Of a stretch of DNA of 64,000 nt, positions 32,501 through 44,207 are shown one piece after another. Below the pieces are notes generated by a model that saw only the letters and a list, made by a program, of their open reading frames with translations, did no database searches and had not been told where the DNA came from. The stretch's first letter is position 1, and every line of letters begins with the position of its first letter. The stretch spans positions 107,352 through 171,351 of the forward strand of contig JBIKWN010000001.1 of NCBI GenBank assembly GCA_044356295.1, written 5' to 3'. The stretch comes from Bdellovibrionota bacterium. Its GTDB lineage: Bacteria > Bdellovibrionota_C > UBA2361 > JBIKWN01. The position numbers and the translations under genes are program-made.

Positions 32501-32832
32501 GGATTATTGAGTGTGCTGCACGTCGCCAAAAATGGATTGACATGGGCCAATCACTAAACCTTTATATGGCTGAACCAAGTGGTAAGAAACTCCATGATAT
32601 GTACATGTTTGCATGGAAGTCTGGACTTAAGACTACGTACTACTTGAGAAGCTTAGGGGCGACTCAAATTGAAAAATCTACAACTGATGTGAACAAAAGA
32701 GGTCTTCAACCTCGTTGGATGAAGAATAAATCTGCATCTTCAAACATTAAAGTTGATAGAGATCCTGCAAAGGGGAACCTTGAAGTTCCAAAAGTGTGTG
32801 GTCTTGATGGTGATTGTGAGAGTTGTCAGTAA
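29524..32832 (+). CDS. nrdA: Ribonucleotide reductase class I alpha subunit with three ATP-cone-like domains
   Basis: VVKRNG and ITRRDG cones plus degenerate third (VAKDG); [33 protein letters not shown]-terminal C....CESCQ. Confidence 0.97.
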   Translation: MEGSQRQEGSAAVGVKNGVVAGKALSSSTKEIDISRAAQKAADHFTVVKRNGMLVPFRRDRIFTAVEAAVRATRSIIETDSLPQQLYSAVGAVTNDVVVECRTQALKGAALTVEGIQDIVEQKLMSNELFDVARNYVIYREEHKTLREDSPRNLKITRRDGKTAVRFNPMKIASAIEKAFRASLNIEDQTPGEIVDAVNILTNKVVVRATQLSKSGATLSVELIQDEVERVMMQEGYFQVAKDFIVYRAERALLREQEELLAKDAPAVTKNVKAPVDQGRTFKAVAKDGSSVSVAESELRARIEFACTGFPTSLINPEEIFQSSVGNFYEGMRLDEVDTSNILSARQKIEKDPAYSQVAARLLLDVSYVESFGVHAHASNADEAQRKYFKEYISKAVELERISPELKKFDLDKLANALRFDRDLKFTYLGLQTLYDRYLIHNQDVRMETPQIFWMRVAMGLSILEGDKKNEKAIEFYDVLSQFLFTSSTPTLFNSGTLHSQMSSCYLSTTLDDLGHIFKVISDDAQLSKWAGGLGNDWTSVRATGAWIKGTNGRSQGVIPFLKVANDTAVAVNQGGKRKGAMCAYLESWHLDIEDFLELRKNTGDERRRTHDMNTANWIPDLFMKRVSENGSWTLFSPSNVPELHDLYGKEFEKKYEEYEAKAEAGEITPYKKIEAVSLWRKMLSMLFETGHPWITFKDPSNIRSPQDHCGVVHSSNLCTEILLNTSKDETAVCNLGSVSMTEHLDPKTGKINKALLEKTVRTAVRMLDNVIDINFYPTQEAENSNLKHRPIGLGLMGFQDALYMKRISYASQEAIEFADESMELISYYAILASTELAKERGTYKSYKGSKWDRGLLPIDTIEVLAKERGTEHLEIDAATRLDWTPIRKAVKEFGMRNSNVMAIAPTATISNITGVTQSIEPMYKHLFAKSNLSGEFIVHNTYLVEELKKINLWDSEMIDDLKYFDGSILEIERIPDELKVIYLTAFEIEPEWIIECAARRQKWIDMGQSLNLYMAEPSGKKLHDMYMFAWKSGLKTTYYLRSLGATQIEKSTTDVNKRGLQPRWMKNKSASSNIKVDRDPAKGNLEVPKVCGLDGDCESCQ

Positions 32833-32869
32833 AAAATTAATTAGTAATAAAGTAATATAAGGAGAAGTT

Positions 32870-33940
32870 ATGCTTACATTTGGTGATGATGATACAGAAG
32901 GAAAGAAAAAATCTGCCGCTGAAGGGCAAGGTCGCTTTGCGGCAAGTCAGAAGCGACTTATTAACAATAGCGTTGTTGATGTTAATCAATTAATGCCACT
33001 GAAATTTAAATGGGCATGGGAGCACTACTTAAACGGTTGTAACAACAACTGGCTTCCAACAGAAGTTCCAATGGCAAAAGATATTGAACTGTGGAAGTCT
33101 GACAAGTTAAGTGACGATGAGCGCAGAGTTATCATGAGAAACTTAGGTTTCTTTAGTACAGCAGAGAGCCTTGTTGGAAACAATATTGTTCTTGCAGTAT
33201 TTAAACACATCACAAACCCAGAGTGTCGTCAGTATTTGCTTCGTCAAGCATTTGAAGAAGCCGTTCATACACATACATTCCATTACATAGTTGAGTCTCT
33301 CTCACTTGATCAAAGTGAAGTATTTAATATGTATAATGAAGTAAATACGATCAATGACAAAGATAAGTTCGAAATGGAGCTTACTGCTGCGTTATGTGAT
33401 CCAAACTTTACGACCTCAACCCCTGAGGGTGCGCAGAAATTCCTAGAAAACCTAATCGGTTTTTACGTTATCATGGAAGGAATATTTTTCTACTCTGGAT
33501 TTGTAATGATGCTTTCCTTTATGCGCCAAAACAAAATGACGGGAGTAGCAGAGCAGTTCCAATATATTTTAAGAGACGAAACTATCCACTTAAATTTCGG
33601 AATTGATCTTGTTAACAGCTTGAAAGAAGAAAATCCTGGACTTTGGACAGCTGAGTTCCAAGAACAGATGACTGAAAAAATAAAAACTGCTGTAGAGCTT
33701 GAAGTTAAGTATGCAGAGGATTGTTTACCGCGTGGAATTTTAGGATTAAGTGCTCCAATGTTCCGCGAGTATGTACAGCATATTGCTGACAGACGTCTCG
33801 AAAGAATTGGATTGAAACCTCAGTATGGTTCAAAAAATCCATTCCCATGGATGAGTGAAACAATTGACCTTGGTAAAGAGAAGAACTTCTTTGAAACACG
33901 GGTTACCGAGTATCAAACTGCTGGAGCGCTTCAGTGGTAA
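32870..33940 (+). CDS. nrdB: Ribonucleotide reductase beta subunit, class Ic (R2c, Mn/Fe type)
   Basis: FFSTAES (Glu99 ligand), EEAVHTHTF (Phe137 at the radical-Tyr position), [30 protein letters not shown]. Confidence 0.93.
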   Translation: MLTFGDDDTEGKKKSAAEGQGRFAASQKRLINNSVVDVNQLMPLKFKWAWEHYLNGCNNNWLPTEVPMAKDIELWKSDKLSDDERRVIMRNLGFFSTAESLVGNNIVLAVFKHITNPECRQYLLRQAFEEAVHTHTFHYIVESLSLDQSEVFNMYNEVNTINDKDKFEMELTAALCDPNFTTSTPEGAQKFLENLIGFYVIMEGIFFYSGFVMMLSFMRQNKMTGVAEQFQYILRDETIHLNFGIDLVNSLKEENPGLWTAEFQEQMTEKIKTAVELEVKYAEDCLPRGILGLSAPMFREYVQHIADRRLERIGLKPQYGSKNPFPWMSETIDLGKEKNFFETRVTEYQTAGALQW

Positions 33941-33967
33941 AAAGCTAGGGGATTACTATATGAACCT

Positions 33968-33998
33968 AAAAGGGCGGGGTAATTCCCGCCCTTTTTTT
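33968..33998 (+). terminator. Intrinsic terminator of nrdAB
   Basis: AAAAGGGCGGG-gtaatt-CCCGCCCTTTTTTT. Confidence 0.9.
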
Positions 33999-34204
33999 AT
34001 TTAGAGCAGTGTAGCAATGGAAGATTTGGTGGGGACTTAGGATTTATTACGGATAGATTTTTATTGTTAGTCTTCTTCTCTATTAGATTAGATTGTGAGA
34101 AGCAAAAATTGTTTTATCTGTGGTTATTGTTATTAATCACAGATGTTGGTTAAGGATTTGGATTTGGGTAACATGGACACTTATATGTTATACCTAAAAA
34201 TCTC

Positions 34205-34519
34205 ATGGCAGCTTTATTATCAATTACATGGATGTTTAGTGTCTTCGCTGTAGCGCTTTTTAGCTATCGGTATTTACGAGCTTATAAGAAGTCATGGGCC
34301 ACAATGAAGAATCTCAAATGGTCCGAGGAACTTCGCTATGATGGACCTGGTAGTGAGGTTAGTATTACTGAAGACAAATTTGAGCTTGCAAATGAAAAGC
34401 CGCTTTATTCACCCAAGAGTGCCAAGCTGCTTTGGGACGCAATCGAAACAGCTTTAGGCATTTTTTGGTTTGCATTGGCGTTAGGTGGTGCAGCTGGAAT
34501 CGCATATTTGGGTAAATAA
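34205..34519 (+). CDS. Hypothetical 2-TM membrane protein (cassette 1)
   Basis: Hydrophobic N- and C-terminal helices; between GTTATACC (34187) and GGTATAAC (34538-34545). Confidence 0.7.
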   Translation: MAALLSITWMFSVFAVALFSYRYLRAYKKSWATMKNLKWSEELRYDGPGSEVSITEDKFELANEKPLYSPKSAKLLWDAIETALGIFWFALALGGAAGIAYLGK

Positions 34520-34538
34520 AATCCTAATATGTGGGTGG

Positions 34539-34634
34539 GTATAACAATAGAATCCACGAGAATTATAAGCCGCTAAATTCATAGATGATTAACAATTCAT
34601 CATGGCTTATAATCTCGTGATTCAAACATTATAT
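34539..34634 (+). other. attC site 1 (96 bp)
   Basis: R'' GTATAAC; arm GAAT(C)CACGAG(A)ATTATAAGCC pairs with GGCTTATAAT-CTCGTG-ATTC leaving unpaired C and A; R' ATTATAT (G>A). Confidence 0.85.
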
Positions 34635-34689
34635 GCTTAGGACGAAGCGTTACGTAATTAAGCTTAAATATTTGTATTAGGAAAAAGTA

Positions 34690-35247
34690 ATGCAAGATAA
34701 ATCAACAGAACTGAAACCTGCCGTAAATGAGTTTGCTACTAATGCACCACAATTAAACAACGGAAGTGCTTCGCAGAAAGATATCGCTTCAAGCGCGTTG
34801 CCAATATTGGATAGAGTGCTTCTCGAACTTCCACGGGTAACTCAGTTAGAATGGACTCAAGATTTGTGGATGCACCGATCTTCTGAAGAAGACGATTTAA
34901 TGGAAGATCTACAGCAAGCTGAGCGAGTTTTTGTTCTTCAAGGAGTCGCAGCTGATTTAACCGCAATCACACTAGGTCGACCGCGTTTGAGAGAGATTTT
35001 TAAATCTAAGTTACCACCTGATACAAGTAAGGTTCCGGATTTTGCCCAAAGATTTTTTGCTGATGCTAACGAATATTTGATGCCTTCCCAAGCCGGGGAC
35101 ATAGAACCTGCCGTAGCTAAAATGCGAGTTAAATACACTAAGAAACAATTGATCGATGCTATCGATACTGTAAAAGACAATTTGATCTCCGAGGAACAGC
35201 AGGTTTTGGATCTTATGGTTGTAATGTTGTCATCTGGTAATAGATAA
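34690..35247 (+). CDS. Hypothetical protein (cassette 2)
   Basis: 185-aa ORF with AGGA SD; stop codon lies within R'' AGATAAC. Confidence 0.7.
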   Translation: MQDKSTELKPAVNEFATNAPQLNNGSASQKDIASSALPILDRVLLELPRVTQLEWTQDLWMHRSSEEDDLMEDLQQAERVFVLQGVAADLTAITLGRPRLREIFKSKLPPDTSKVPDFAQRFFADANEYLMPSQAGDIEPAVAKMRVKYTKKQLIDAIDTVKDNLISEEQQVLDLMVVMLSSGNR

Positions 35248-35331
35248 CAGAGCGATCGAGAAGATTTTGCAGTATTAATTCAATCTGATAGAGGCAATGA
35301 ATACTGCGCACACATCAGGCAAACGTTATGT
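35242..35331 (+). other. attC site 2 (90 bp, degenerate L boxes)
   Basis: R'' AGATAAC, inner stem GCAGTATT/AATACTGC, intact R' GTTATGT. Confidence 0.6.
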
Positions 35332-35342
35332 CTCAAATTCAT

Positions 35343-35828
35343 CTAGAAGCCTATTTTTCTCTTAGGCGGAACTTCTGAATCGCCCATTAATCTTCTTATT
35401 GCCTCAAACACTCCTCGGAATTGCGCGTCATATTTCTGCTCAAGAGTGTTTAACCGTTGTAGTAATCCTGGATGGGACGCAATCAATTGCCGTAATTTTA
35501 CGAAAGCTCTTACGATGTGAATATTAATGTCTACGGCTCGTTCGCTACGTAATACACTTGATAACATAGCGACACCATGTTCGGTGAAGACATATGGTGC
35601 AGTGCGGCGACCTCCACGACCCTTTGAGGTCACAATTTGTGACCTCAAAGCCGTAAACTCTTGAAATGACAACTGAAACATAAAGTCCTCAGGGAAACGA
35701 TTTCTGTTTCTTTGGACAGCTTGTATTAATGCCTTTGTTTCTACTTGATAAAGATTGGCAAGATCCTGATCAAGCATGACTCGCTCCCCTCTAATCAAGT
35801 ATATTAGGTTTTCGATTTGATTGTTCAT
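35343..35828 (-). CDS. ORF6N-domain (phage-related) DNA-binding protein (cassette 3, inverted)
   Basis: [47 protein letters not shown]-terminal KRKIGF. Confidence 0.92.
   Translation of the reverse strand: MNNQIENLIYLIRGERVMLDQDLANLYQVETKALIQAVQRNRNRFPEDFMFQLSFQEFTALRSQIVTSKGRGGRRTAPYVFTEHGVAMLSSVLRSERAVDINIHIVRAFVKLRQLIASHPGLLQRLNTLEQKYDAQFRGVFEAIRRLMGDSEVPPKRKIGF
35622..35650. repeat. Perfect 14-1-14 palindrome inside the ORF6N gene
   Basis: CTTTGAGGTCACAA-T-TTGTGACCTCAAAG. Confidence 0.95.
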
Positions 35829-35881
35829 TTATATTTCTCCATAGGATTGTATCGGAGAAATAAACGAGAAGTTTCCCAGAG

Positions 35882-35938
35882 ACATAACAATTAAATCCAG
35901 CGGAGCAGTAATCTGCGCGCTGATTTGAAACTTTAAGC
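35882..35938 (+). other. attC site 3 (57 bp)
   Basis: R'' ACATAAC (GAGACATAAC is the exact reverse complement of GTTATGTCTC at 35325); AAAT(C)CAGCG..GCAG-taat-CTGC.CGCTG-ATTT; R' TTTAAGC (G>T). Confidence 0.85.
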
Positions 35939-35942
35939 ATCA

Positions 35943-36539
35943 ATGATTATGAAAGATGATTTGTGGCTAGAACCATGGATGGCGCTACTTAAGGAACGTG
36001 CGCTTAGTGGAAGTATTTTGGAACTCGGATGCGATACCGGGAGAGATACTCAAATTCTTGTAAACCAAGATTTCCAAGTTATAGCAACTGAAATTTCTGA
36101 ATCTGCACTAGCTAAGGCAAAAATTTCAGTTCCTGAAGCTACTTTTATCCATCACGATTTAAAAGATGCATTCCCGTTTAAAGATGGTGAGTTTAATGCA
36201 GTCATAGCAAGCCTCTCGCTTCACTATTTTGAGTGGCAAAAAACCAAAGAGATAGTCTCGGAAATTAGGAGATGTCTCGCAGACAATGGAATTCTTATTT
36301 GTCGGCTTAACTCAGTAAAAGACAAAAATCATGGGTCTGCTGGATTCGAAGAAATTCAGCCAAACTACTATAAGGCTAATGGTAGATACAGCGAGTTAAA
36401 GCGATTTTTCGATGAACAATCAATAAATGAACTTTTCAAAAATGGATGGAAATTTTATTCATGTGAAGAGATGACGATTGATCGATACGAAAGACCTAAA
36501 GTGGTTTGGGAGCTGATACTACTAAAGAAAAATGCATAA
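35943..36539 (+). CDS. Class I SAM-dependent methyltransferase (cassette 4)
   Basis: ILELGCDTGRD, F..VIASLSLHYF; stop within ATGCATAAC, which complements cassette start TTAAGCAT with one mismatch. Confidence 0.88.
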   Translation: MIMKDDLWLEPWMALLKERALSGSILELGCDTGRDTQILVNQDFQVIATEISESALAKAKISVPEATFIHHDLKDAFPFKDGEFNAVIASLSLHYFEWQKTKEIVSEIRRCLADNGILICRLNSVKDKNHGSAGFEEIQPNYYKANGRYSELKRFFDEQSINELFKNGWKFYSCEEMTIDRYERPKVVWELILLKKNA

Positions 36540-36577
36540 CAAATTGAGTTACAATCTGGTGCATAAAAAGGTTAGTC

Positions 36578-36607
36578 AGCAAAAGGAAGAATCTTTTTCC
36601 TTTTGCT
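36578..36607. terminator. Hairpin, possible bidirectional terminator or remnant of a fourth attC
   Basis: AGCAAAAGGAA/TTCCTTTTGCT 11-bp stem. Confidence 0.5.
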
Positions 36608-36783
36608 ATTGTTACCTGACTGAGCTCCCAATTGTTTTGAAGATTGTCGTCTCTTTGCAATCAAGGCCAGAAGCATGTTTTCAAAGAATTTAATGAGGCA
36701 TATCGGGGCTAATTTATTTTTGGACTAGCAACCTAATCCAAATTAAACTCACCAATGAAAAGAACTTTCACAAATAAACTCAA

Positions 36784-37884
36784 ATGCTTGATCCAATCAA
36801 ACCAACTAATCCAACCCAAGCCGAGATAAAGGATCTCTACACCCGATCACCTGCTGATAGTTTCGGATTCGATCTGCATCAAAGAAGAATAGAGGCAATT
36901 CCTGCTCTTTTGGAATCTTATCTTCAGAAGGAGATGCCGAAGATTAATCTTCAGCCAGGTCGTGTAGATTGTACCGGTATTGGATCATCAGAAGCCCATG
37001 CCAGATATCTTGCTGGACTTTTGAATCGCATTAAAGGATTTTATGCTCAATTTCGTCCGCTCGATCTCGATTTCACTCGCACAAAGTGGAGTGAACAAGT
37101 AGCCGTTTTCAGTCAAGGATTAAGCAGTAATACACACGCTGCAGTTAAACATGCCATAAACCAAAAAAGCGGCGTTGTAGTTACTGCGGCCTCACTTGAT
37201 GACGAGACACTTAACTCGACTCGGCGCACACAACTTGAAAAATGCAACAAAGCTGGAGTTTCGATTGTTGAGATTCCGCTTCGAAGCGAGTATGAAGTGT
37301 TGATGCGAACCATAGGACCATGGTTCGGATATCTCGCCGCATATCGCATCGCTAATCAAATAGATCCTTCTCATTTTCCTGATATCGATGCAGATAGTCT
37401 TTTAAATATGTTTAGTTCAGCTCAGAACAAGGCGGTAAGTCTAGTAAATCAAGGATTACAAAGGGATCAACTGGAACGTGGAATGGTTACGCTGCTTAAC
37501 ACCGATGTGTCCAGATGGACGCTGGAAAATATGCGGATGAAGCTTTATGAAGGTCTTTTCATTGCGAAACCAGCAGAGGATAGCCTTATCTCTTTCGGAC
37601 ATGGACCTGTACAAGTTATCAGCCGAAGACCAGGAACGGTGATTGCTTTTCATACCGATGAAGAGACGGAGGTTGCGAATTTAAAGCCTGTTCGAGAAGC
37701 AGTGGAAAAAAGTGTTGGCGCGAAAATGTTTGAAATCGCTTCTCCGTTAGGGGATCTAGCGATTCTTGAATGGGAGCAAGTAATGAATTGGGTGGTTTTG
37801 TCTGGAATGAGAGAGGGCAATTCTAAATGTGATCAAGTGAATTTTGCAGAAATTTCAACTTACCATATTGTGACGGAGTATTGA
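36784..37884 (+). CDS. Hypothetical protein, probable divergent SIS (sugar-isomerase) fold
   Basis: CTGIGSS, VFSQG.S and FGHGP resemble the two SIS domains of GlmS/AgaS-like proteins. Confidence 0.55.
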   Translation: MLDPIKPTNPTQAEIKDLYTRSPADSFGFDLHQRRIEAIPALLESYLQKEMPKINLQPGRVDCTGIGSSEAHARYLAGLLNRIKGFYAQFRPLDLDFTRTKWSEQVAVFSQGLSSNTHAAVKHAINQKSGVVVTAASLDDETLNSTRRTQLEKCNKAGVSIVEIPLRSEYEVLMRTIGPWFGYLAAYRIANQIDPSHFPDIDADSLLNMFSSAQNKAVSLVNQGLQRDQLERGMVTLLNTDVSRWTLENMRMKLYEGLFIAKPAEDSLISFGHGPVQVISRRPGTVIAFHTDEETEVANLKPVREAVEKSVGAKMFEIASPLGDLAILEWEQVMNWVVLSGMREGNSKCDQVNFAEISTYHIVTEY

Positions 37885-38009
37885 TTTCACTGTTGATCTT
37901 GAGCTGTCAAAAGATCCAAAAAATTTCAGGTCTTAATCTATGCCCCATCTGTCGAGTTAAGCTATGGTTGTTCTATCTGTGATCTATTTCGATCCCGGGG
38001 CAATCGTTA

Positions 38010-38531
38010 TCACCAATACTCTGAACGATCAAACTCTTCAGGAATCGTTTTTACTGTCATTCTTTTACCTGATTCGTTGAATCCGTAGTACGTGCGACCA
38101 TCAAGAGTAATGCTTTGAAATCCTTCTTCATGAGGATAGCTTCCATCATCTTCAATTAGGAACATAGTTGAGTCTTTCTTACCGATAAAATGCTGTAAGT
38201 TTCGGTCGTAATATATTTCAGAATATCTATCAGGTGACGCAACAAAGTGACCATCTTGCTTTGATCCATTCCAAGTAAGAACAGAGAGAAGTCCGTCACG
38301 TTGACCTAACTGTAGAAAGTGTTGCGGATTTCGAGGGGATTCGATTCTTCCAAAGTTTTCATATTCAGCACTGACACCTCTGCCTTTAAGCATCAGTGTG
38401 ATGAGATTGCCATTCCTTTCGGATTGATAACCAGTAATGGTTTGGGAAAAAACAGGTTTAACAATATTAAGGTCTTGTCCAGTTGGAGGTTGTTCCGGAT
38501 TCGTTGCGTTTTGATTTATCGAGATGACCAT
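38010..38531 (-). CDS. Hypothetical protein
   Basis: 173-aa ORF, no recognised motif. Confidence 0.55.
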   Translation of the reverse strand: MVISINQNATNPEQPPTGQDLNIVKPVFSQTITGYQSERNGNLITLMLKGRGVSAEYENFGRIESPRNPQHFLQLGQRDGLLSVLTWNGSKQDGHFVASPDRYSEIYYDRNLQHFIGKKDSTMFLIEDDGSYPHEEGFQSITLDGRTYYGFNESGKRMTVKTIPEEFDRSEYW

Positions 38532-38768
38532 CGGCGTTGATACTACTTTTAAAGGGGTTTTCTACCAAAACATTTTTCAACCTGCGAAGATCTTTTTTAC
38601 CTTAAGCACTAGTTCTTTCATAAAGTAATATATATTTAGAAAATCTATGAAACCTATCGAAAATAGATGAATCTTTTGGAAGATGGACGAGATACTAAGC
38701 TGTTAATTTTAAGCTTTTAAAAGAATGTAGTTTCTCAGAAAAAAAACTTTAAAAGTTATCTTTAAAAT

Positions 38769-39203
38769 CTAACCAGTAGCAGAGCAGCTCTTGCAAACTC
38801 CTCTTACAACAATTTCAATTTCTCTAGCATACTTGCGCCACTTAAGTGGAAGAGCCGCAGTTGAGACAGAACTTTGTGGTAATTTAAAATCATGAATATC
38901 ATGAACCTTCCTGCAATCATCACAGACAAAGTGAAGGTGAGTGTCGTGGATGTATTCATATAGCGACATGTCTGAGGCGATGTTTAATTCACGAACCAAC
39001 CGCGCTTTAACAAGTGATTTCAAAATATTATAGACAGAGGCCCTAGAAACTGTTCCAAATTCTTTACCAAGTGCTTTCTGTATATCTTCTACTGATAAGT
39101 GTGTGCGATTCGACGATAGAGCTTTTAAAACCATCAATCGTTGGGGTGTTACTCTTAAATTACAATCTTTCAATTGATGTATATGATCTGCTTGCATGCT
39201 CAC
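38769..39203 (-). CDS. Fur-family regulator, PerR/FurA-like
   Basis: LRVTPQR, H.SVED, S.ASVYN.L, HLHFVCDDC, GVCKSC; divergent from katG. Confidence 0.9.
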   Translation of the reverse strand: MSMQADHIHQLKDCNLRVTPQRLMVLKALSSNRTHLSVEDIQKALGKEFGTVSRASVYNILKSLVKARLVRELNIASDMSLYEYIHDTHLHFVCDDCRKVHDIHDFKLPQSSVSTAALPLKWRKYAREIEIVVRGVCKSCSATG

Positions 39204-39209
39204 TTAAAA

Positions 39210-41472
<2,263 letters not shown>

Positions 41473-41476
41473 TCTT

Positions 41477-43870
41477 TTATTCAGCGTGTCTTAATCCGGC
41501 ATACTGGTAAATAAGTTTTTTTGACTCCTGTGTTTGTTCGAACAGGATCTTAACTTTTATTTTAGACTGCGCAGCTTGATCGTCACCGATGCCTTCGATT
41601 GCTTCAATTGCCCCAATACCAAATGAAGGATGAACAACACGAAGCCCAATTGCTAGATCTTCATCGACAACTGGTTTTAAATGTGCAGTTTTCTTTTCGC
41701 GCTCCTCATACAACGAGTCAGCATTTTTAATAATTGCTTGCTCATACGGTTTTGATGGTAGTTTTCGCCCCTTTGCACTTGTAATTCTTGATGGAGGATC
41801 TTTAAAGGGATCAAAGGGCTCATCAGTACTATCTGAATATGATTCATATTCAAGAGAAGTAAAGAAACTACCAAGTGGATCGTCAATCATCGCCTTCGGT
41901 AGGTCGAAAGAGAATCTGCTTGCTTCACGAAATCTTGAACCGAGAGGATCGCTCATCCCTCCAGCACTAAACATTCCTCGTTTTTTTGCACGTGTAATGA
42001 ATAGTGCTTGCTTTGCCCTAGTCATTCCAACATAGCAAAGTCTTCTTTCCTCTTCGATCTCATTTGGATCGTTTACTGTTCGTTGATGCGGCAGTAGCCC
42101 TTCTTCGAATCCTGTAAAGAAAACAAGATCGTACTCAAGTCCTTTTGCAAGGTGAAGAGTCATGAGTGAAACGGTTTGGGTCGGAGCTTTATTAGCAGTA
42201 TCACTTTTTTCTTGTTGATCAAGGACTGGATTTTCTTCCGTTGAAGAAAGGGCAATGCGGTCAAGGAACTGCTGAAGAGGATCTGAATCAGGTACAAATT
42301 CAAATGTAAGGGCTAAACCTAAAAGTTCATCGATGTTTTCAAGTCTTGATTCTGCTTGAGGATCATCTTTCATCGCCTTAAGTTTAGCTGCGTAATGTGT
42401 GTCCTCGACAATGGCTTTTAATAGCTCAAAAAGTTTTCCGTCTTTATAGTTTCCTTTGAGCCCGGAAATTAATGAAACAAAAGCCCTCACCGATTTATTA
42501 GAACTAAAAGAATTGCTTGCAACTTCAAAAAGACTTTCTTGACTACTTGAAGCTTGATTCATGATTTGCACGATCGTTTGAGCACCAATACCTCGCGCTG
42601 GAGTGTTAATAATTCTTAGAAATGCTTGGTTATCATTTGGATTAGCGATGAGTCTGAGGTAAGCAATTAAGTCTTTGATTTCTTTTCGGTCATAGAACTT
42701 AAGCCCACCATAAACACGGTAAGGAATTTTAAATGTAAGAAATGCTTCTTCAAGTGCACGAGACTGCGCGTTTGTTCTATAGAAACATGCGATATCTTGA
42801 TATCCAAGTCCTGCAGCAACTCTTTTTTTAATTTCTTTTGCAATGAATTGAGCTTCTTCCGATTCGTCACTACCTGCAAAAAGATGAACTGGTTCTCCTG
42901 AACCTTGTGAAGTCCAAAGTTTTTTATCTTTTCGTCCTTTGTTTTTAACGATAACTGCATGAGCACTCTCGAGAACATTTCCAGTCGACCGATAGTTTTG
43001 CTCTAGTTTGATAATTTTCGTTTCTGGAAAGTCTTTCTCAAAATCAAGAATATTTTTGATAGTAGCACCACGAAACGCGTAAATTGATTGGTCATCATCA
43101 CCAACAACTAGAAGGTTTTTCTTTTTACCTGATAGAAGTTTTATAATTTTATACTGAACATCATTGGTGTCTTGAAATTCATCGACAAGAACATAGTCAA
43201 GATTATCTTGAAAATAGGATAGGATTTTAGGATTTTCAGAAAGTAATTTATAGGTAAAGCAGAGCAGATCTCCAAAATCCATTGCATTTGCCGCGCGCAG
43301 GGCTCGCTGATAGAGGTCATACACTTCTGCTTTTTGAGCGTCATAAGTATTCTTGGAATCTTTCAATGCTTGCTCTGGATAGAGAGGAATATTTTTTATT
43401 TTATCGATATAACTTGTGAAGCTTTGAACTGGATACCTTTTATCATCGATGTTTCGTTCTCGAAGTATGCGTTTGATAAGATCTTTACTATCAGCGGCAT
43501 CATAAACAGTGAAATCATTTTTAAATCCAATTGCTTCAGCATAGCGGCGTAAAATTTTTAGTCCGCATGAATGAAACGTTGAGACCCACAGTGATTGTGC
43601 TAGATCTCCAACTAATAACTTTAAGCGATGCCGCATTTCACCTGCAGCTTTATTGGTAAAAGTAACAGCAAGAATTGAAGAAGATCGTACTTGGTTTTGA
43701 ATAATAAGGTTTGCAATGCGACGGGTAAGAATTCTTGTTTTACCAGTGCCGGCTCCTGCAAGAACTAAGATCGGACCAGTTGTGTGTGTGACGGCATCTT
43801 TTTGTGGTTGATTGAGATTATCAAGGTGGCGCAACGACTGAGATTGGATGGTTATACTGCTTTGTTCCAT
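41477..43870 (-). CDS. uvrD: ATP-dependent DNA helicase UvrD/PcrA
   Basis: AGAGTGKT, TFTNKAA, VDEFQD, VGDDDQSIY, LEQNYRS, TLHLAKGLE, EERRLCYVGMTRA. Confidence 0.95.
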   Translation of the reverse strand: MEQSSITIQSQSLRHLDNLNQPQKDAVTHTTGPILVLAGAGTGKTRILTRRIANLIIQNQVRSSSILAVTFTNKAAGEMRHRLKLLVGDLAQSLWVSTFHSCGLKILRRYAEAIGFKNDFTVYDAADSKDLIKRILRERNIDDKRYPVQSFTSYIDKIKNIPLYPEQALKDSKNTYDAQKAEVYDLYQRALRAANAMDFGDLLCFTYKLLSENPKILSYFQDNLDYVLVDEFQDTNDVQYKIIKLLSGKKKNLLVVGDDDQSIYAFRGATIKNILDFEKDFPETKIIKLEQNYRSTGNVLESAHAVIVKNKGRKDKKLWTSQGSGEPVHLFAGSDESEEAQFIAKEIKKRVAAGLGYQDIACFYRTNAQSRALEEAFLTFKIPYRVYGGLKFYDRKEIKDLIAYLRLIANPNDNQAFLRIINTPARGIGAQTIVQIMNQASSSQESLFEVASNSFSSNKSVRAFVSLISGLKGNYKDGKLFELLKAIVEDTHYAAKLKAMKDDPQAESRLENIDELLGLALTFEFVPDSDPLQQFLDRIALSSTEENPVLDQQEKSDTANKAPTQTVSLMTLHLAKGLEYDLVFFTGFEEGLLPHQRTVNDPNEIEEERRLCYVGMTRAKQALFITRAKKRGMFSAGGMSDPLGSRFREASRFSFDLPKAMIDDPLGSFFTSLEYESYSDSTDEPFDPFKDPPSRITSAKGRKLPSKPYEQAIIKNADSLYEEREKKTAHLKPVVDEDLAIGLRVVHPSFGIGAIEAIEGIGDDQAAQSKIKVKILFEQTQESKKLIYQYAGLRHAE

Positions 43871-44153
43871 TTGATATTTGAAAGTACAAATTTTTTATAA
43901 AAACTACGCAATAGGTGTACAGTATTTTTCTAAAGTTTACTACATTCGATTAGTAAGTATGTTCTTTCAAAGAGACATAAAGTGTATCGATAGTTTCTGA
44001 TCAATGTTCGAGTATTGGAAACAAAAAGTTTACCAAAATGGCGGAAGAATTAACTTTGTATTGTTTGAAGCTGGGTAGAAAATCTTGAAGAATTTAAAGC
44101 TCTATAGAGAGCTATGTTAAATTTTTACAGTCCAGCTTTTAGTGTGACTTTAA

Positions 44154-44207
44154 CGTAGGCGTGAGCGATTTTTTTCAGGTCACGCTCACGCCTACGCTCA
44201 CGGTCAT
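44154..44207. repeat. GC-rich 14-bp inverted repeat built from degenerate hexamer repeats
   Basis: CGTAGGCGTGAGCG (44154-44167) / CGCTCACGCCTACG (44183-44196); tandem GGTCAC GCTCAC GCCTAC GCTCAC GGTCAT (44178-44207). Confidence 0.85.

Larger units (their letters stand above)
34187..36540 (+). mobile_element. Integron gene-cassette array without integrase (CALIN), four cassettes
   Basis: Each of four genes is bracketed by a GTTRRRY-like start and a complementary ...TAAC end, with attC-type hairpins between them; no intI in window. Confidence 0.8.

Noticed and set aside
37931..38012. Possible fifth attC (TGCCCC/GGGGCA stem followed by GTTATCA)
   Set aside because: No proper AAC-ending R'' box and no matching cassette boundary; too degenerate to call
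44024..44078. Part of a short ORF (MFEYWKQKVYQNG..., from 44004) resembling the start of four-helix-bundle proteins
   Set aside because: Only 24 codons and no further recognisable similarity
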